Notes under the pieces: generated by a model
The model's input: only the letters and a program-made list of their open reading frames with translations
The model's database searches: none
Told to the model about the DNA's origin: nothing
DNA from: Candidatus Iainarchaeum sp.
GTDB lineage: Archaea > Iainarchaeota > Iainarchaeia > Iainarchaeales > JAAZKV01
DNA length: 64,000 bases
Assembly: GCA_026397015.1 (NCBI GenBank)
Contig: JAPLVR010000006.1
Coordinates: 156,081 to 220,080, forward strand
Reading direction: 5' to 3'
Position numbers and translations under genes: made by a program
Shown: piece after piece, positions 39,293-49,075 of the stretch
How positions within the stretch are numbered: the first letter of the stretch is position 1
Layout of the letters: each line of letters starts with the position of its first letter

Positions 39293-40645
39293 ATGGGACT
39301 CGGGGACGCGCTGAGAAAAGCGATTGACAAGATACAAGGGGCGGGAACAGTCGATAAGGAAGCGGTAAAAGAAGCCGTCAAGGAAATACAAAGGGCGCTA
39401 ATTTCATCAAATGTGGATACGCAAACGGTTTTCGACCTCTCAAAAAAAATCGAGGAAAAAGCATTCGAAGAAATAAAGGGAGAGATGACAAGACGGGAAC
39501 ACATAGTAAAAATAACTTATGATTCGCTTGTAGAAATGCTCGGCGGAAAAGAAACTCCGCAGGCGCCGAAAAAAATTCTTCTTTGCGGATTATTTGGTTC
39601 CGGAAAAACAACCGGCGCTGGAAAACTCGGGCTCTATTACACAAAAAGGGGAAAAAAAGTAGCGGTAATTGCGGGCGATGTTTACAGGCCTGCTGCATAC
39701 GAACAGCTGGAAACGAATGCGAAACAAGCCGGCATAGATTTTTTTGGAATAAAAGGGGAGAAAAATGCGGCGAAAGTGGTGAAAGAAGCGCTGAAAAAAC
39801 TGAAAGGATACGATTTGCTGATTTGCGACAGCGCCGGAAGAAGCGCGCTTGATAATGCGCTCGTAAAAGAAATAAAAGAAATTGACGGCGTATTTGAGGC
39901 GGAAGAAAAATGGCTCGTAATAGGTGCGGATATAGGAAATTTGGCGAAAAAACAGGCGCAGGCATTCCACAACGCGGTTGGAATAAACGGAGTAATAATT
40001 ACGAGAATGGACGGAAGTTCCAAGGGTGGAGGAGCACTGGTTGCGTGCAACGAAACGGGTGCAAGCGTTTACTTCATTTCAACCGGAGAAAAGCTGAATG
40101 ATTTTGAGGCGTTCGATGCGAACAGATATTTATCAAGAATAATGGGATACGGGGATTTGGAAGGCTTATTGGAGAAAGCAAGGGAAGCGGAAATAGAACA
40201 AATGAGCCCTGAACAAATGCTGAGCGGCAACTTTAATTTCAGAATATTTTACGAACAATTGAAAGCGACCAAAAAAATAGGCCCGTTGAACAAAATCGCG
40301 GAAATGCTCGGGCTGAGCGTAAAAATGCCGAAAGAAATGCTTGAAATGGGCGAAGAAAAACTCGAGGGATTCAAAGTAATAATTGATTCGATGACGGAAA
40401 AAGAAAGGCTGGATCCGGAGCTGCTTAGCAGGACACGCGTTGAAAGAATCGCAAAAGGAAGCGGGAAAAAAATCGAAGAAGTGCGGGAACTGGTAAAACA
40501 ATTCAAAACCATGAAAAAAATGTTCAAAAAATTCAAAGGATTTGCGAACGAAAGAACAATGAAAAAAATGGGCGAAAGGGATTTGGCAAAAATGATGCAG
40601 CAGATGCAGGGAAAGAAAGCGATGAAAAAATTCAGGCTTAAATGA
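39293..40645 (+). CDS. srp54: Signal recognition particle protein Srp54
   Basis: GLFGSGKTT, DVYRPAAYEQL, DSAGR, G.GD, SMT..ER M domain. Confidence 0.96.
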   Translation: MGLGDALRKAIDKIQGAGTVDKEAVKEAVKEIQRALISSNVDTQTVFDLSKKIEEKAFEEIKGEMTRREHIVKITYDSLVEMLGGKETPQAPKKILLCGLFGSGKTTGAGKLGLYYTKRGKKVAVIAGDVYRPAAYEQLETNAKQAGIDFFGIKGEKNAAKVVKEALKKLKGYDLLICDSAGRSALDNALVKEIKEIDGVFEAEEKWLVIGADIGNLAKKQAQAFHNAVGINGVIITRMDGSSKGGGALVACNETGASVYFISTGEKLNDFEAFDANRYLSRIMGYGDLEGLLEKAREAEIEQMSPEQMLSGNFNFRIFYEQLKATKKIGPLNKIAEMLGLSVKMPKEMLEMGEEKLEGFKVIIDSMTEKERLDPELLSRTRVERIAKGSGKKIEEVRELVKQFKTMKKMFKKFKGFANERTMKKMGERDLAKMMQQMQGKKAMKKFRLK

Positions 40646-40823
40646 AAGGATTATTAACCACTTAACGTGGAACATGTGCCCGAAAAGAGAAAAAAATGCT
40701 TGTCAAAAAAAGGGCCGAGATTAGAAAACCGAAGAGGTTTCGATACCTTTAAATAACAAAAATACCTTCTTCTAGAAGAGAAGCGGTGATGTGAATCACT
40801 GCAAGGCAAAGGGGGGAGAAAAC

Positions 40824-41528
40824 ATGCTTGGAAAAATATTTAATTTCTTTTTTAATCCAGAAACAGAGGTTGCAGGTGAAATAAAAAACGCAAACATCTT
40901 GCGCGGAATAAAGAATTACAACATAATGCCACTAATTTTTGCAATATTGATAGGCATAGTGGTAAGCGCCTTTGCTGTAACGATAGGGCCTGCTATCCTG
41001 TCAAACCCATTACTGAATTCGAATCCCGCAGTGCCGATGCTACTGTCTATCGGAACGCTCGCAATAGTGATTTTGCCAATATTGTCACTAATATTAGTAA
41101 CTGTTATCACACTGATCGGAGGTTTGTTAATCTGGGCATCAACAAAAATTCTCGGCGGAAAAGCGACATTCACCCAAATATACTACGTCTCGTCAGTGCT
41201 TGCCATCGCATATGTAATAATCGCAGGAATCCCGTTTATTATAGGCACTATCATGCAGAACATGCCGCTCTTGGCATTAATTTTCCCATCAATGACAACT
41301 GTCCTACAAATAGTGTCAATAGCTTCATTAATTTTCCTGATACCCGCATACGCAATAATGACTTATTTCGGGTATGCCAGTTGGTTAATCTTAAAGCGCC
41401 TAACCGGACTGAGCAATAAAAAACTAATCATTTCAACAATCATTACCATAATACTTGCAATTATTTTGATTATTATCATCGGTGCATTGATTGTATTGAT
41501 GGCTAGTGCAGCAACCGCCGGCAGATAA
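40824..41528 (+). CDS. Yip1-like membrane protein
   Basis: Multiple TMs; K.LGG.ATF motif. Confidence 0.65.
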   Translation: MLGKIFNFFFNPETEVAGEIKNANILRGIKNYNIMPLIFAILIGIVVSAFAVTIGPAILSNPLLNSNPAVPMLLSIGTLAIVILPILSLILVTVITLIGGLLIWASTKILGGKATFTQIYYVSSVLAIAYVIIAGIPFIIGTIMQNMPLLALIFPSMTTVLQIVSIASLIFLIPAYAIMTYFGYASWLILKRLTGLSNKKLIISTIITIILAIILIIIIGALIVLMASAATAGR

Positions 41529-41549
41529 ACCAAAAAAAATTTTCTTTTT

Positions 41550-42169
41550 TTATTTTCTTATTCGCCTCGGCCGTGCCGGCTTAATTTGCGACAAAACACG
41601 TTTTTTTAAAAACCTGCCCCTGTTTCTGCTGAACCTATAACCTGACATCGGGATATGCGCTCTTCTAAAATTAACGTTGTGGTGCTTGAATATGCGCTTC
41701 AATTTTTCTGAAGCGGCAACAAAAGTTATTTCTTTCCCGAAATTTTTCTGTGCATTAACCCATGCATTGAAATTTTCCCAAACTTTTGAAAATTCTTTTT
41801 GGGAAAGCGGTTTGCTGAGAGTAAAACCGGCATAACCGACAACATTTGCCTTATAGTTTATGCCTGCAATTATTCCTACTTCTGCCCTCTTTATCAGCAT
41901 CAAATCCGAAAGAATTTCGAGGTCATCACCGGAAGGCATCATGTACGGGGATCTTTCCCTTCCGATTGGAAGATGGGTGTGAATGAAGTAATGCGACTTC
42001 GGAAAAACCCTTAGGCTTGGAAGCGCAAAAGAATCAATCGCGCTTCCGGCCAATCTTACCAATTGAAGTTTTTTTTATGAAGTTTTTCGGCAGACCAAAC
42101 TTTTTCGCCCTTCATTAAGCCCGGTGTTTGTTCGATTTGCATATGAACGGGAATTTTCTTTTCAGCCAT
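41550..42169 (-). CDS. JAB/MPN+-like metalloenzyme split by a -1 frameshift at an A8 run (42069-42076)
   Basis: IHTH.....PSGDD motif; upstream ATG 42169 frame joins by a -1 shift at A-AAA-AAC. Confidence 0.55.
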
Positions 42170-42237
42170 ATAATCGCACAGGTATTAGCGTCAGTTGGAA
42201 TTAATATTACTTTTCCTGCTTAATTTTTTAGATTTAA

Positions 42238-43053
42238 ATGATTCAACTGGTTCAAAGCGGGGCCTTGCTTATCGGAACACTTGCCGGCGCCATAACGGAC
42301 GCGAAAAGCGGCTACATTTACGACTGGATAACTGTTCCGATGATTTTATTTGGCGCCTTGATAAGCATATTTTTTGGGCAATGGAACAACCTTCTTGTCG
42401 GTGCAGCGGTTTTCGCCGCGCTCTATATTTCTTACTGGCTTGGGAAAATAGGCGGGGGGGATGTGAAAATATTTACTGCGATTGCGCTGCTGAATCCATT
42501 CAATAATTACGGATTTTTTTTCGGGGCAGCATTCTTCGCGGCAATGAGCTCAATCGTGTTCTATTCGGTTTATTACACGCTAAAATACTCGAAAAAAGGG
42601 GTTGATTTTGAGGAAAATAAAGAAGGAATAGTACAGGCGATTTTGTTGGGAATATTTCTGGCGGCGTATTTTGTTGCCGCAATTAAATTCGGGCTTTTTG
42701 GAAAAACCGTCGTTTTCATGCTTGGATTCCCGCTCTTTTGCGGACTTATTTTCTTCGCCCTGCAAAAAGGAATAAAAAAAAATTTCTTCCGAAAAAAAGT
42801 TCCATTAAAAAATTTGGAAGAGGACGAAATAATTTCAACCGAAGGAAATTCCGAAAAGATTTTGAAAATCTTTATGGTAAAGGGAGTGATGAAAAAGGGC
42901 GTAATCGGGGAAAAAGAAATTGCAAAATTAAAAAAAATGAAAATCAAAAACATTTACGTTCTGAGGGGGTTGCCGCCTTTCGGACCATTTATTTTTGCAG
43001 GAGTTGCAATTGCGCTCCTAGCGCCGGATTTCTTCACGCTTTTATCCGCCTGA
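42238..43053 (+). CDS. A24 prepilin/preflagellin peptidase
   Basis: TD...G.I.D, GGGDVK, PF.PF. Confidence 0.88.
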   Translation: MIQLVQSGALLIGTLAGAITDAKSGYIYDWITVPMILFGALISIFFGQWNNLLVGAAVFAALYISYWLGKIGGGDVKIFTAIALLNPFNNYGFFFGAAFFAAMSSIVFYSVYYTLKYSKKGVDFEENKEGIVQAILLGIFLAAYFVAAIKFGLFGKTVVFMLGFPLFCGLIFFALQKGIKKNFFRKKVPLKNLEEDEIISTEGNSEKILKIFMVKGVMKKGVIGEKEIAKLKKMKIKNIYVLRGLPPFGPFIFAGVAIALLAPDFFTLLSA

Positions 43054-43126
43054 AAAAATCATGAAAAAAAGGCAAAAAAGAGAAGCAACAGCATTAATTT
43101 AAAACAACTTAAACTATTTTATCCTT

Positions 43127-44014
43127 ATGAGAATTCTTGTAACCGGATCAAGCGGCATGGTCGGAAGGTTCCTTGTGGCGGAACTCAAAAACAGAAAACA
43201 CTCTGTGAAGGAATTTGACGCCACGAACGGGCACGATGTTCTGGACATGGAAGAGGTTCAGAAGGCGGTAAAAGGCGCAGACGCCGTTTTTCACCTTGCG
43301 GCGGTTATTGAAAATGAAAATCCAAAACTTTGGGAAGTGAATGTAAAGGGAACGGAAAATTTAATCGGGGCGGCAATAAAGGCGAAAGTGCGAAAATTTG
43401 TTTTACTGAGCTCGACGGGGGTTTATGGATTTACAAAAAAAACGGTGGACGAGAAAAGCCCGCTAAATCCGGAAAACAAATACGAAGAAAGCAAACTGGC
43501 CGCAGAACGGGCTGTTTTTTTGCATAAAAACGAAATTGATGCTTTTGTAGTTAGAAGCGCGATGATACTTGGGCCGAACAAATACTGGGCAAAAATGTTC
43601 AAGATGATAAGAAAAAAAATGCCCCTGCCCTGTGACGGAAAAAATTCTTTCCAGGTAATTCACGTGAAGGATGTTGCAAACGGCCTCATAGCTGCAATGC
43701 AAAAAGGAAAAAGCGGGGAAATTTACCTCCTCGGAGGCGACGAAAAAATAACGCTGAATGAGTTCTGCGAAATTGTTCAGGAAAAATTCGGGCTGAAAAA
43801 AGGAATGAAGCACATTCCTGAAATCATTGCCCTAATAATTGGAAAAATTTTGAGAATAGATGTTTTGACGCGGGAAAACATAGGGCATATTTCAAGGGAA
43901 AAAAACTATTCTCTCGCGAAAATAAAAAAGATTGGCTGGAAACCGAAAGCGGCAATGAAAAAAAGAATCTGGGAAACGATTGAAGAGCTGAAAGAAGAAC
44001 TTCTTCTGGAATAA
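43127..44014 (+). CDS. NAD-dependent epimerase/dehydratase
   Basis: VTGSSGMVG, HLAA, YEESK. Confidence 0.9.
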   Translation: MRILVTGSSGMVGRFLVAELKNRKHSVKEFDATNGHDVLDMEEVQKAVKGADAVFHLAAVIENENPKLWEVNVKGTENLIGAAIKAKVRKFVLLSSTGVYGFTKKTVDEKSPLNPENKYEESKLAAERAVFLHKNEIDAFVVRSAMILGPNKYWAKMFKMIRKKMPLPCDGKNSFQVIHVKDVANGLIAAMQKGKSGEIYLLGGDEKITLNEFCEIVQEKFGLKKGMKHIPEIIALIIGKILRIDVLTRENIGHISREKNYSLAKIKKIGWKPKAAMKKRIWETIEELKEELLLE

Positions 44015-44035
44015 ATTTTGTGTGGGCAAAAAAAA

Positions 44036-44812
44036 CTATTGCTTCGCCTTCGCTCCGCGCCTAACGGCCGAAACCATTTTTTTCAGGCGTGATTCAATTT
44101 CTTTGCCAGATTTCGCGCTTTCAATCGCGGAGCCTACCTGAACGACATCTGCGCCTGAAAAAATGCAGTCGTAGGCAAATCTCGGAGTCCGCACGCCGCC
44201 CGCAATAAGCAAAGGAATCTCAATAGATTTTTTGGTATAGGAAATCATTTCTTTCGGAACCGGCTGCGGAGCGCCGCCGCCGGACTCCAAAATAACGAGC
44301 TTCGAACCCATGTACTCGCCGGCGAGCGCGTTCGCAGCGGCAAGATAAGGGAGATTTCGCGGAATCAACTGGGCGCGGCCCATAAAGCCGACCGCCCTTC
44401 CCGGCTTAACGATAATATAAGAAGTCGGAATAACTTCAATGCCCATTCGCTTTATTGGAAAAGACGCGACTGTTTGTGCGCCTGAAATATAATAAGGGTC
44501 GTTGCTGTTCATCATCGTCATAAAATAAACTGCGTCCGCGAACTCGGAGAGCGTTGCAACGTTTCCGGGAAACAAAATAACGGGAAGGGAAGAACTGCGC
44601 TTCATCTCCAAAATAGTGTCGTCAAGAAGCTTTCCCTGTGCGCCGAGGGAACCGCCGACGGCAATTGCGTTTGCGCCCGCTTTCTCCGCTATTTTGGCAA
44701 TTTTTCCTGCCTGTTCAGGGGCCTGGTTGGGGGGATCAACAACCAAAAAGAGCTGTCCCGCTTCCTCTTTTAACTGTGCAATCAATTTTGAATACACTTT
44801 TCCAGGTTTCAT
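44036..44812 (-). CDS. Geranylgeranylglyceryl phosphate synthase
   Basis: VDP, VGGS, PVILFPGN, NS.DP..I.GAQ, LESG.GA..PVP, GGVR. Confidence 0.9.
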   Translation of the reverse strand: MKPGKVYSKLIAQLKEEAGQLFLVVDPPNQAPEQAGKIAKIAEKAGANAIAVGGSLGAQGKLLDDTILEMKRSSSLPVILFPGNVATLSEFADAVYFMTMMNSNDPYYISGAQTVASFPIKRMGIEVIPTSYIIVKPGRAVGFMGRAQLIPRNLPYLAAANALAGEYMGSKLVILESGGGAPQPVPKEMISYTKKSIEIPLLIAGGVRTPRFAYDCIFSGADVVQVGSAIESAKSGKEIESRLKKMVSAVRRGAKAKQ

Positions 44813-44922
44813 AAGCTTCACTATTGCCCCAAATACAGCTGCAAATATTCTGGGAAAATGGGTATAAAAAGGAATTGTTTTTTTGGAAAAGCAAAATACA
44901 AATATGCTGATTTTGCCAAATT

Positions 44923-45708
44923 TCAGTACGCCCATTCCGCCCACTCAGGCAACACGATATCGAGCAAAAAAATAGTGTTTGATTTTGGATGATACGCACA
45001 ATTTTCACCGCGTATATCGCCGACGCGTCCCCTAGTCTTCTTATGCAAAAGGTCATTAAGTTTGTCAATAACTTCTATCTGTTTTTTGTACTTCCTGCTG
45101 TAATCCCCAAAGTAAACAAATTCGCCTTTTTTTAAAAAATCTGTCACCATCCAAAGAGGATTATCGTCCACAAAAATATTCTTCCTCACCCGTACTTCCC
45201 TGTCCGAAAGCTCCTTCTCGTAAATCAAGTGCGGTTTCAACAACCTTATGTTAAATCCGCTGATACGATTGTGATGGACAGCCAAATATTTTTCAACCGG
45301 CCCGATTGCATGCAACCACATTTCCGCGTCCTCCGCATTTGTGCGCTTTACAAAAAATTCTTTTCCGCGAAAAGTGACCTTTAAGCGAATGGTTCCGTGC
45401 CATGTTTTCCAACCGGTCCCCCTGCCGCCGGTTCTTGCCTTTTGAATTGTTATTCCACTTTTTCTATCAACTACCGGCTTCCCGGAATTGAGAAGCTTGA
45501 GATTATCTTCAATTAATTTGTAAGTTGGAATAAGAACTCTGCGGTTTCTTCCAACAAACCGCTTAAATTCCGGCGAATATGCCAAGTAGGCAAAAGTCAT
45601 TCTTTGACGCCCTGCTCCCTTGAATCTGATTTTTGTAACCCTTTGTTTCGCCAGAAAAGGCTTTGAATAATCGGCCAACTGCCTTCTTGAAATTTTTTTA
45701 AGCACCAT
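44923..45708 (-). CDS. Protein-kinase-like fold protein with basic N-terminus
   Basis: EFFVK, DIRGEN, FLLD; shares AYSPE..F..N..LIPTY with 21697-22428. Confidence 0.6.
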   Translation of the reverse strand: MVLKKISRRQLADYSKPFLAKQRVTKIRFKGAGRQRMTFAYLAYSPEFKRFVGRNRRVLIPTYKLIEDNLKLLNSGKPVVDRKSGITIQKARTGGRGTGWKTWHGTIRLKVTFRGKEFFVKRTNAEDAEMWLHAIGPVEKYLAVHHNRISGFNIRLLKPHLIYEKELSDREVRVRKNIFVDDNPLWMVTDFLKKGEFVYFGDYSRKYKKQIEVIDKLNDLLHKKTRGRVGDIRGENCAYHPKSNTIFLLDIVLPEWAEWAY

Positions 45709-45801
45709 GCACACAAATCAGTTTTTGTTGCTTTTAATTCTTCCTTTCCTTACATCAACAATAAAAATTGTTGTGGGTTTCAATAGAATGCCGTGTGTTG
45801 A

Positions 45802-47058
45802 ATGAAAGAAGAGCCTACTGAAAAAATTGTTTCCGAAATCGCGAAAAAAAGCGGAAAAAGCGAAATTGAAGTAAGCAGGCTCATCGCAGAAAAGGTGGAA
45901 AAATTTTCAGGACTGTTGACGGAACAGGGCGCCGCCTACATGGTGGGAAAAGCACTCGGCGTTGGCGGAAAAGCGGCGGAATACTCCCTTATTTCAGAAT
46001 TGGAAGAGGGGATGCGCGGAGCGGAATTAAGGGGCGAAGTCAAAGCGGTTTTTCCGGCAAAAGAATTTGATAAGGGCGGAAAGAAAGGAAAAGTGCAGTC
46101 AATAATAATTGAGGATGAAAGCGGGGAAATAAGACTGAGCCTCTGGAACGACCAGGTTGACAAATATAAACTAACAAAAGGAAGCCGAGTGGAAATAACA
46201 AATGCCATAATCTCAACCTACAACGAAAAAAAACAATTAAGCCTGGGCTTCAACGGAACCATTACAGTTACAAAAAAAGCGGAGGAAAAATTTGAAAAAC
46301 TCGCGAATTTAAGAGGCGGGTTAAGTTCTGTTAATGTCGCGGGAAAACTGCTTAGAAGGTTTCCTGCAAAAGAATTTTCCTCGGGAGAAAGAAGAGGGAA
46401 GCTCTGCAACTTCCAGTTAGGAGATGAAACGGCTATTTTAAGGGCGACCGCGTGGAATGAAAAGGCGGATGAAATCGAAAAATACAACGAAGGGGAAAAC
46501 ATTGAAATCATAAACGGATACACAAAGGACGGGATGTTCGGCGTAGAACTGCACCTCGGTTACAGCGTGGAAATCAGGGTGAGCGGCATGCAAATGCCCG
46601 GGATAAAGGAAATTTTAAAAGAAGCGATTCCTGAAAAAAAAATAAACGAACTGGTGGACAATGAAAATTCATCAATAAGCGGAAAAATTTCAGAAATTTC
46701 ACGCGGAAACCTAAGGTACCTGATTTGCGGCAAATGCGGGAAAAAAATAAAGAAAATGGAAAACGGGGTTGTGTGCGAATCGTGCGGCGAGGTCGAGCCC
46801 AAAAGCAGGGCAATAATTTCAATCATTCTTGAGGACGAAACGGGAAAAATAAAAGTGACCCTTTTCGGCGAGGACGCGCTGAAAATATTTGGGATAACAC
46901 AGCAGCAATTCGAAAAGGAACTCGCCGAAAAAGAAGCGGAAACAATCTGCGAAGAGCTGAACGAAAAACTTGCGGGAGAAAGGATAGGCGCTTACGGTTA
47001 TACCAAAGAAAATTCATTCAGCGGCGAAAGGGAATTCATGGTAAAAGCACTTCTTTAA
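45802..47058 (+). CDS. rpa: Replication protein A (3 OB folds + Zn finger)
   Basis: DE.G.I...W repeats, C.KCGKK...C..CG; upstream of radA. Confidence 0.88.
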   Translation: MKEEPTEKIVSEIAKKSGKSEIEVSRLIAEKVEKFSGLLTEQGAAYMVGKALGVGGKAAEYSLISELEEGMRGAELRGEVKAVFPAKEFDKGGKKGKVQSIIIEDESGEIRLSLWNDQVDKYKLTKGSRVEITNAIISTYNEKKQLSLGFNGTITVTKKAEEKFEKLANLRGGLSSVNVAGKLLRRFPAKEFSSGERRGKLCNFQLGDETAILRATAWNEKADEIEKYNEGENIEIINGYTKDGMFGVELHLGYSVEIRVSGMQMPGIKEILKEAIPEKKINELVDNENSSISGKISEISRGNLRYLICGKCGKKIKKMENGVVCESCGEVEPKSRAIISIILEDETGKIKVTLFGEDALKIFGITQQQFEKELAEKEAETICEELNEKLAGERIGAYGYTKENSFSGEREFMVKALL

Positions 47059-47090
47059 TTGATTCATAAAAAAATAAAATCAGCCCCAAT

Positions 47091-47122
47091 CACCGGCACG
47101 AAAGCTGGAAAGCATTTAAAAA
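47091..47122 (+). promoter_or_regulatory. Conserved box (CACCGGCACG) plus BRE/TATA of radA
   Basis: caccggcacgaaagctggaaagcatttaaaa. Confidence 0.7.
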
Positions 47123-47208
47123 CTCTTGAAACACAATAATAACAGTTCAAGCAAAGGGCTGATGGCATGCCAAACCAAAAACCCAAAAAGCTGAACCGAG
47201 GTGAAAAA

Positions 47209-48156
47209 ATGGCGAAAAAAATTGAAAGCATCACTGATTTGCCGGGAGTAGGGGACATTGCGGCAAAGAAACTTGCCGAAGCAGGGTACAAATCATTAGA
47301 GGCGATAGCGGTATCAAGCCCGATGGAACTAAAAGAAATAGCAGGGCTGGGGGACGGAACCGCGGAAAAGGCGATAAAAGCGGCAAGAGATGCGTTGGAA
47401 ATGGGTTTTCAGACGGCAGACATATTGGCTGAAAAGAGAAAACAAGTTGGAAGGCTTACCACAGGATCAAAAGAATTAGACTCCCTTATCGGCGGCGGAA
47501 TAGAAACGCAAAGCATTACCGAAGTTTATGGAAAAATGGCATCCGGAAAAAGCCAATGGTGCTTTCAGACAGCGGTAACGGTGCAACTGTCAAAAGAACA
47601 GGGCGGTCTTGGAGGGGGCTGCTTGTACATTGATTCTGAAAATTCGTTCAGACCGGAAAGAGTAATACAAGTCGCAAAAAAGTTGGGGCTTGACACGGAT
47701 GCTGTTCTAAAAAATATTTTGGTTGCACGCGCATATAATGCGGACCATCAAATGCTTCTGGCGGAAAAAGCCGGAGAAATGGTAAAAGAAAACAACATCA
47801 AACTCGTAATAGTTGATTCGCTCACCGCACAATTCAGGGCGGAATATGTTGGGAGAGGAACGCTCGCAGAAAGGCAGCAAAAATTGAACAAACACATGCG
47901 AGTGCTGCAAAAACTGGCGGAAATGAACAATATCGCGCTTCTGGTAACGAACCAAGTAATAGAAAATCCGGCAATTTTATTCGGAGACCCAACATCGCCT
48001 GTTGGAGGAAATATTGTTGGGCACGCAAGCAAAACAAGGCTCTATTTGAGAAAGAGCAAGGACGACAAGAGAGTCGCAAAACTCATCGATTCACCGTCTT
48101 TGCCTGATGGGGAAGCGATTTATAGGATAACGGAAAACGGGATAGAGGACCTATAA
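47209..48156 (+). CDS. radA: DNA recombinase RadA
   Basis: HhH DLPGVG, GGGIETQSITE, SGKSQ, FRAEY.GRG.LAERQQ. Confidence 0.97.
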   Translation: MAKKIESITDLPGVGDIAAKKLAEAGYKSLEAIAVSSPMELKEIAGLGDGTAEKAIKAARDALEMGFQTADILAEKRKQVGRLTTGSKELDSLIGGGIETQSITEVYGKMASGKSQWCFQTAVTVQLSKEQGGLGGGCLYIDSENSFRPERVIQVAKKLGLDTDAVLKNILVARAYNADHQMLLAEKAGEMVKENNIKLVIVDSLTAQFRAEYVGRGTLAERQQKLNKHMRVLQKLAEMNNIALLVTNQVIENPAILFGDPTSPVGGNIVGHASKTRLYLRKSKDDKRVAKLIDSPSLPDGEAIYRITENGIEDL

Positions 48157-48393
48157 AACCTTAAAAAATTGGCCAAAAAGCCAGAGAAACAAAAGGGCAA
48201 AAGGGGGCCAAAAGAAGGAAAAAAGGCTGAAAGAAGGCAAAGTAGCGAAAAAATAGGAATGGTTTAAAAGGAGTTTTTGGGGGAAATAATTAATATGGAA
48301 AAAGAAGATGTGGGAGAGGCAAAGGAGAAATACGAAGAATTTTGCATCATGAATGGGCAGGAGTTCGTTCAGACGGACGCGTCGTAAAAAAAA

Positions 48394-49047
48394 TTATTCT
48401 CCAAATTCTTCAATAATTTCTTTTATTTCGCTCGCGGATTCCGCGTAAAAAACCCTTCCTCCGCAATCTTTTACATAGGTCTCAATCTCAAAAGGCAATT
48501 TCTTTTTAACGAAAGGCTTGTAAACAATAGTTGCAAAAGGGACTTTCGAACCTGCGACAACCTTCGGATGAATCTTTTCCTTCAAAACAGAAACATTCGG
48601 CTTCTTCCCCAAAAAAAGTTTATACAAATAATAACCATAAGACAGCTCACCCAACGCGCCGAGGCTCACGCCCAAAACAAGGACAACATCCCCAAAAAGA
48701 CAATGAGTCAAATCCTGCTTATACCAAGTACCAGTATCGATCTCCTCATCAACAATCTTCTTTCCATTAATCTCCGCATCAATAAATTCACGCAAATGCT
48801 TTATCCCAAAATCAGAATCCGACACGGGAACAGTTCCAAAAACCTTCCTCCCGCCTAACTCCTTATACTTTTTCGCAACTTCAAAAGAAACGCCCCTATT
48901 CGGAAGCAAAACAATTTCAGAACCAGAATTAACGAGCGACCCTGCAATCTCTTCAACATGCCTCTCAAAATCCGGCTTCTTCATTTTCAACAATTTAAAA
49001 TAATGAAAATCGACATCGGCTGCACCAATCAAACAAACACGGAGCAT
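48394..49047 (-). CDS. SLOG/LOG-like Rossmannoid protein
   Basis: VCLIG, GV...VA..Y...GG.KV.G.VP, D.V.V.G.S.G...EL. Confidence 0.55.
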   Translation of the reverse strand: MLRVCLIGAADVDFHYFKLLKMKKPDFERHVEEIAGSLVNSGSEIVLLPNRGVSFEVAKKYKELGGRKVFGTVPVSDSDFGIKHLREFIDAEINGKKIVDEEIDTGTWYKQDLTHCLFGDVVLVLGVSLGALGELSYGYYLYKLFLGKKPNVSVLKEKIHPKVVAGSKVPFATIVYKPFVKKKLPFEIETYVKDCGGRVFYAESASEIKEIIEEFGE

Positions 49048-49075
49048 GATAATCACTTCCAACAAACAAAATTTA

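Noticed and set aside
41572-41580. Partial regulon box (also about 22115 and 27885)
   Set aside because: Inside coding sequence with no properly spaced BRE/TATA and target gene
48295-48387. 30-aa acidic ORF after radA
   Set aside because: Plausible promoter but too short and without a motif to support
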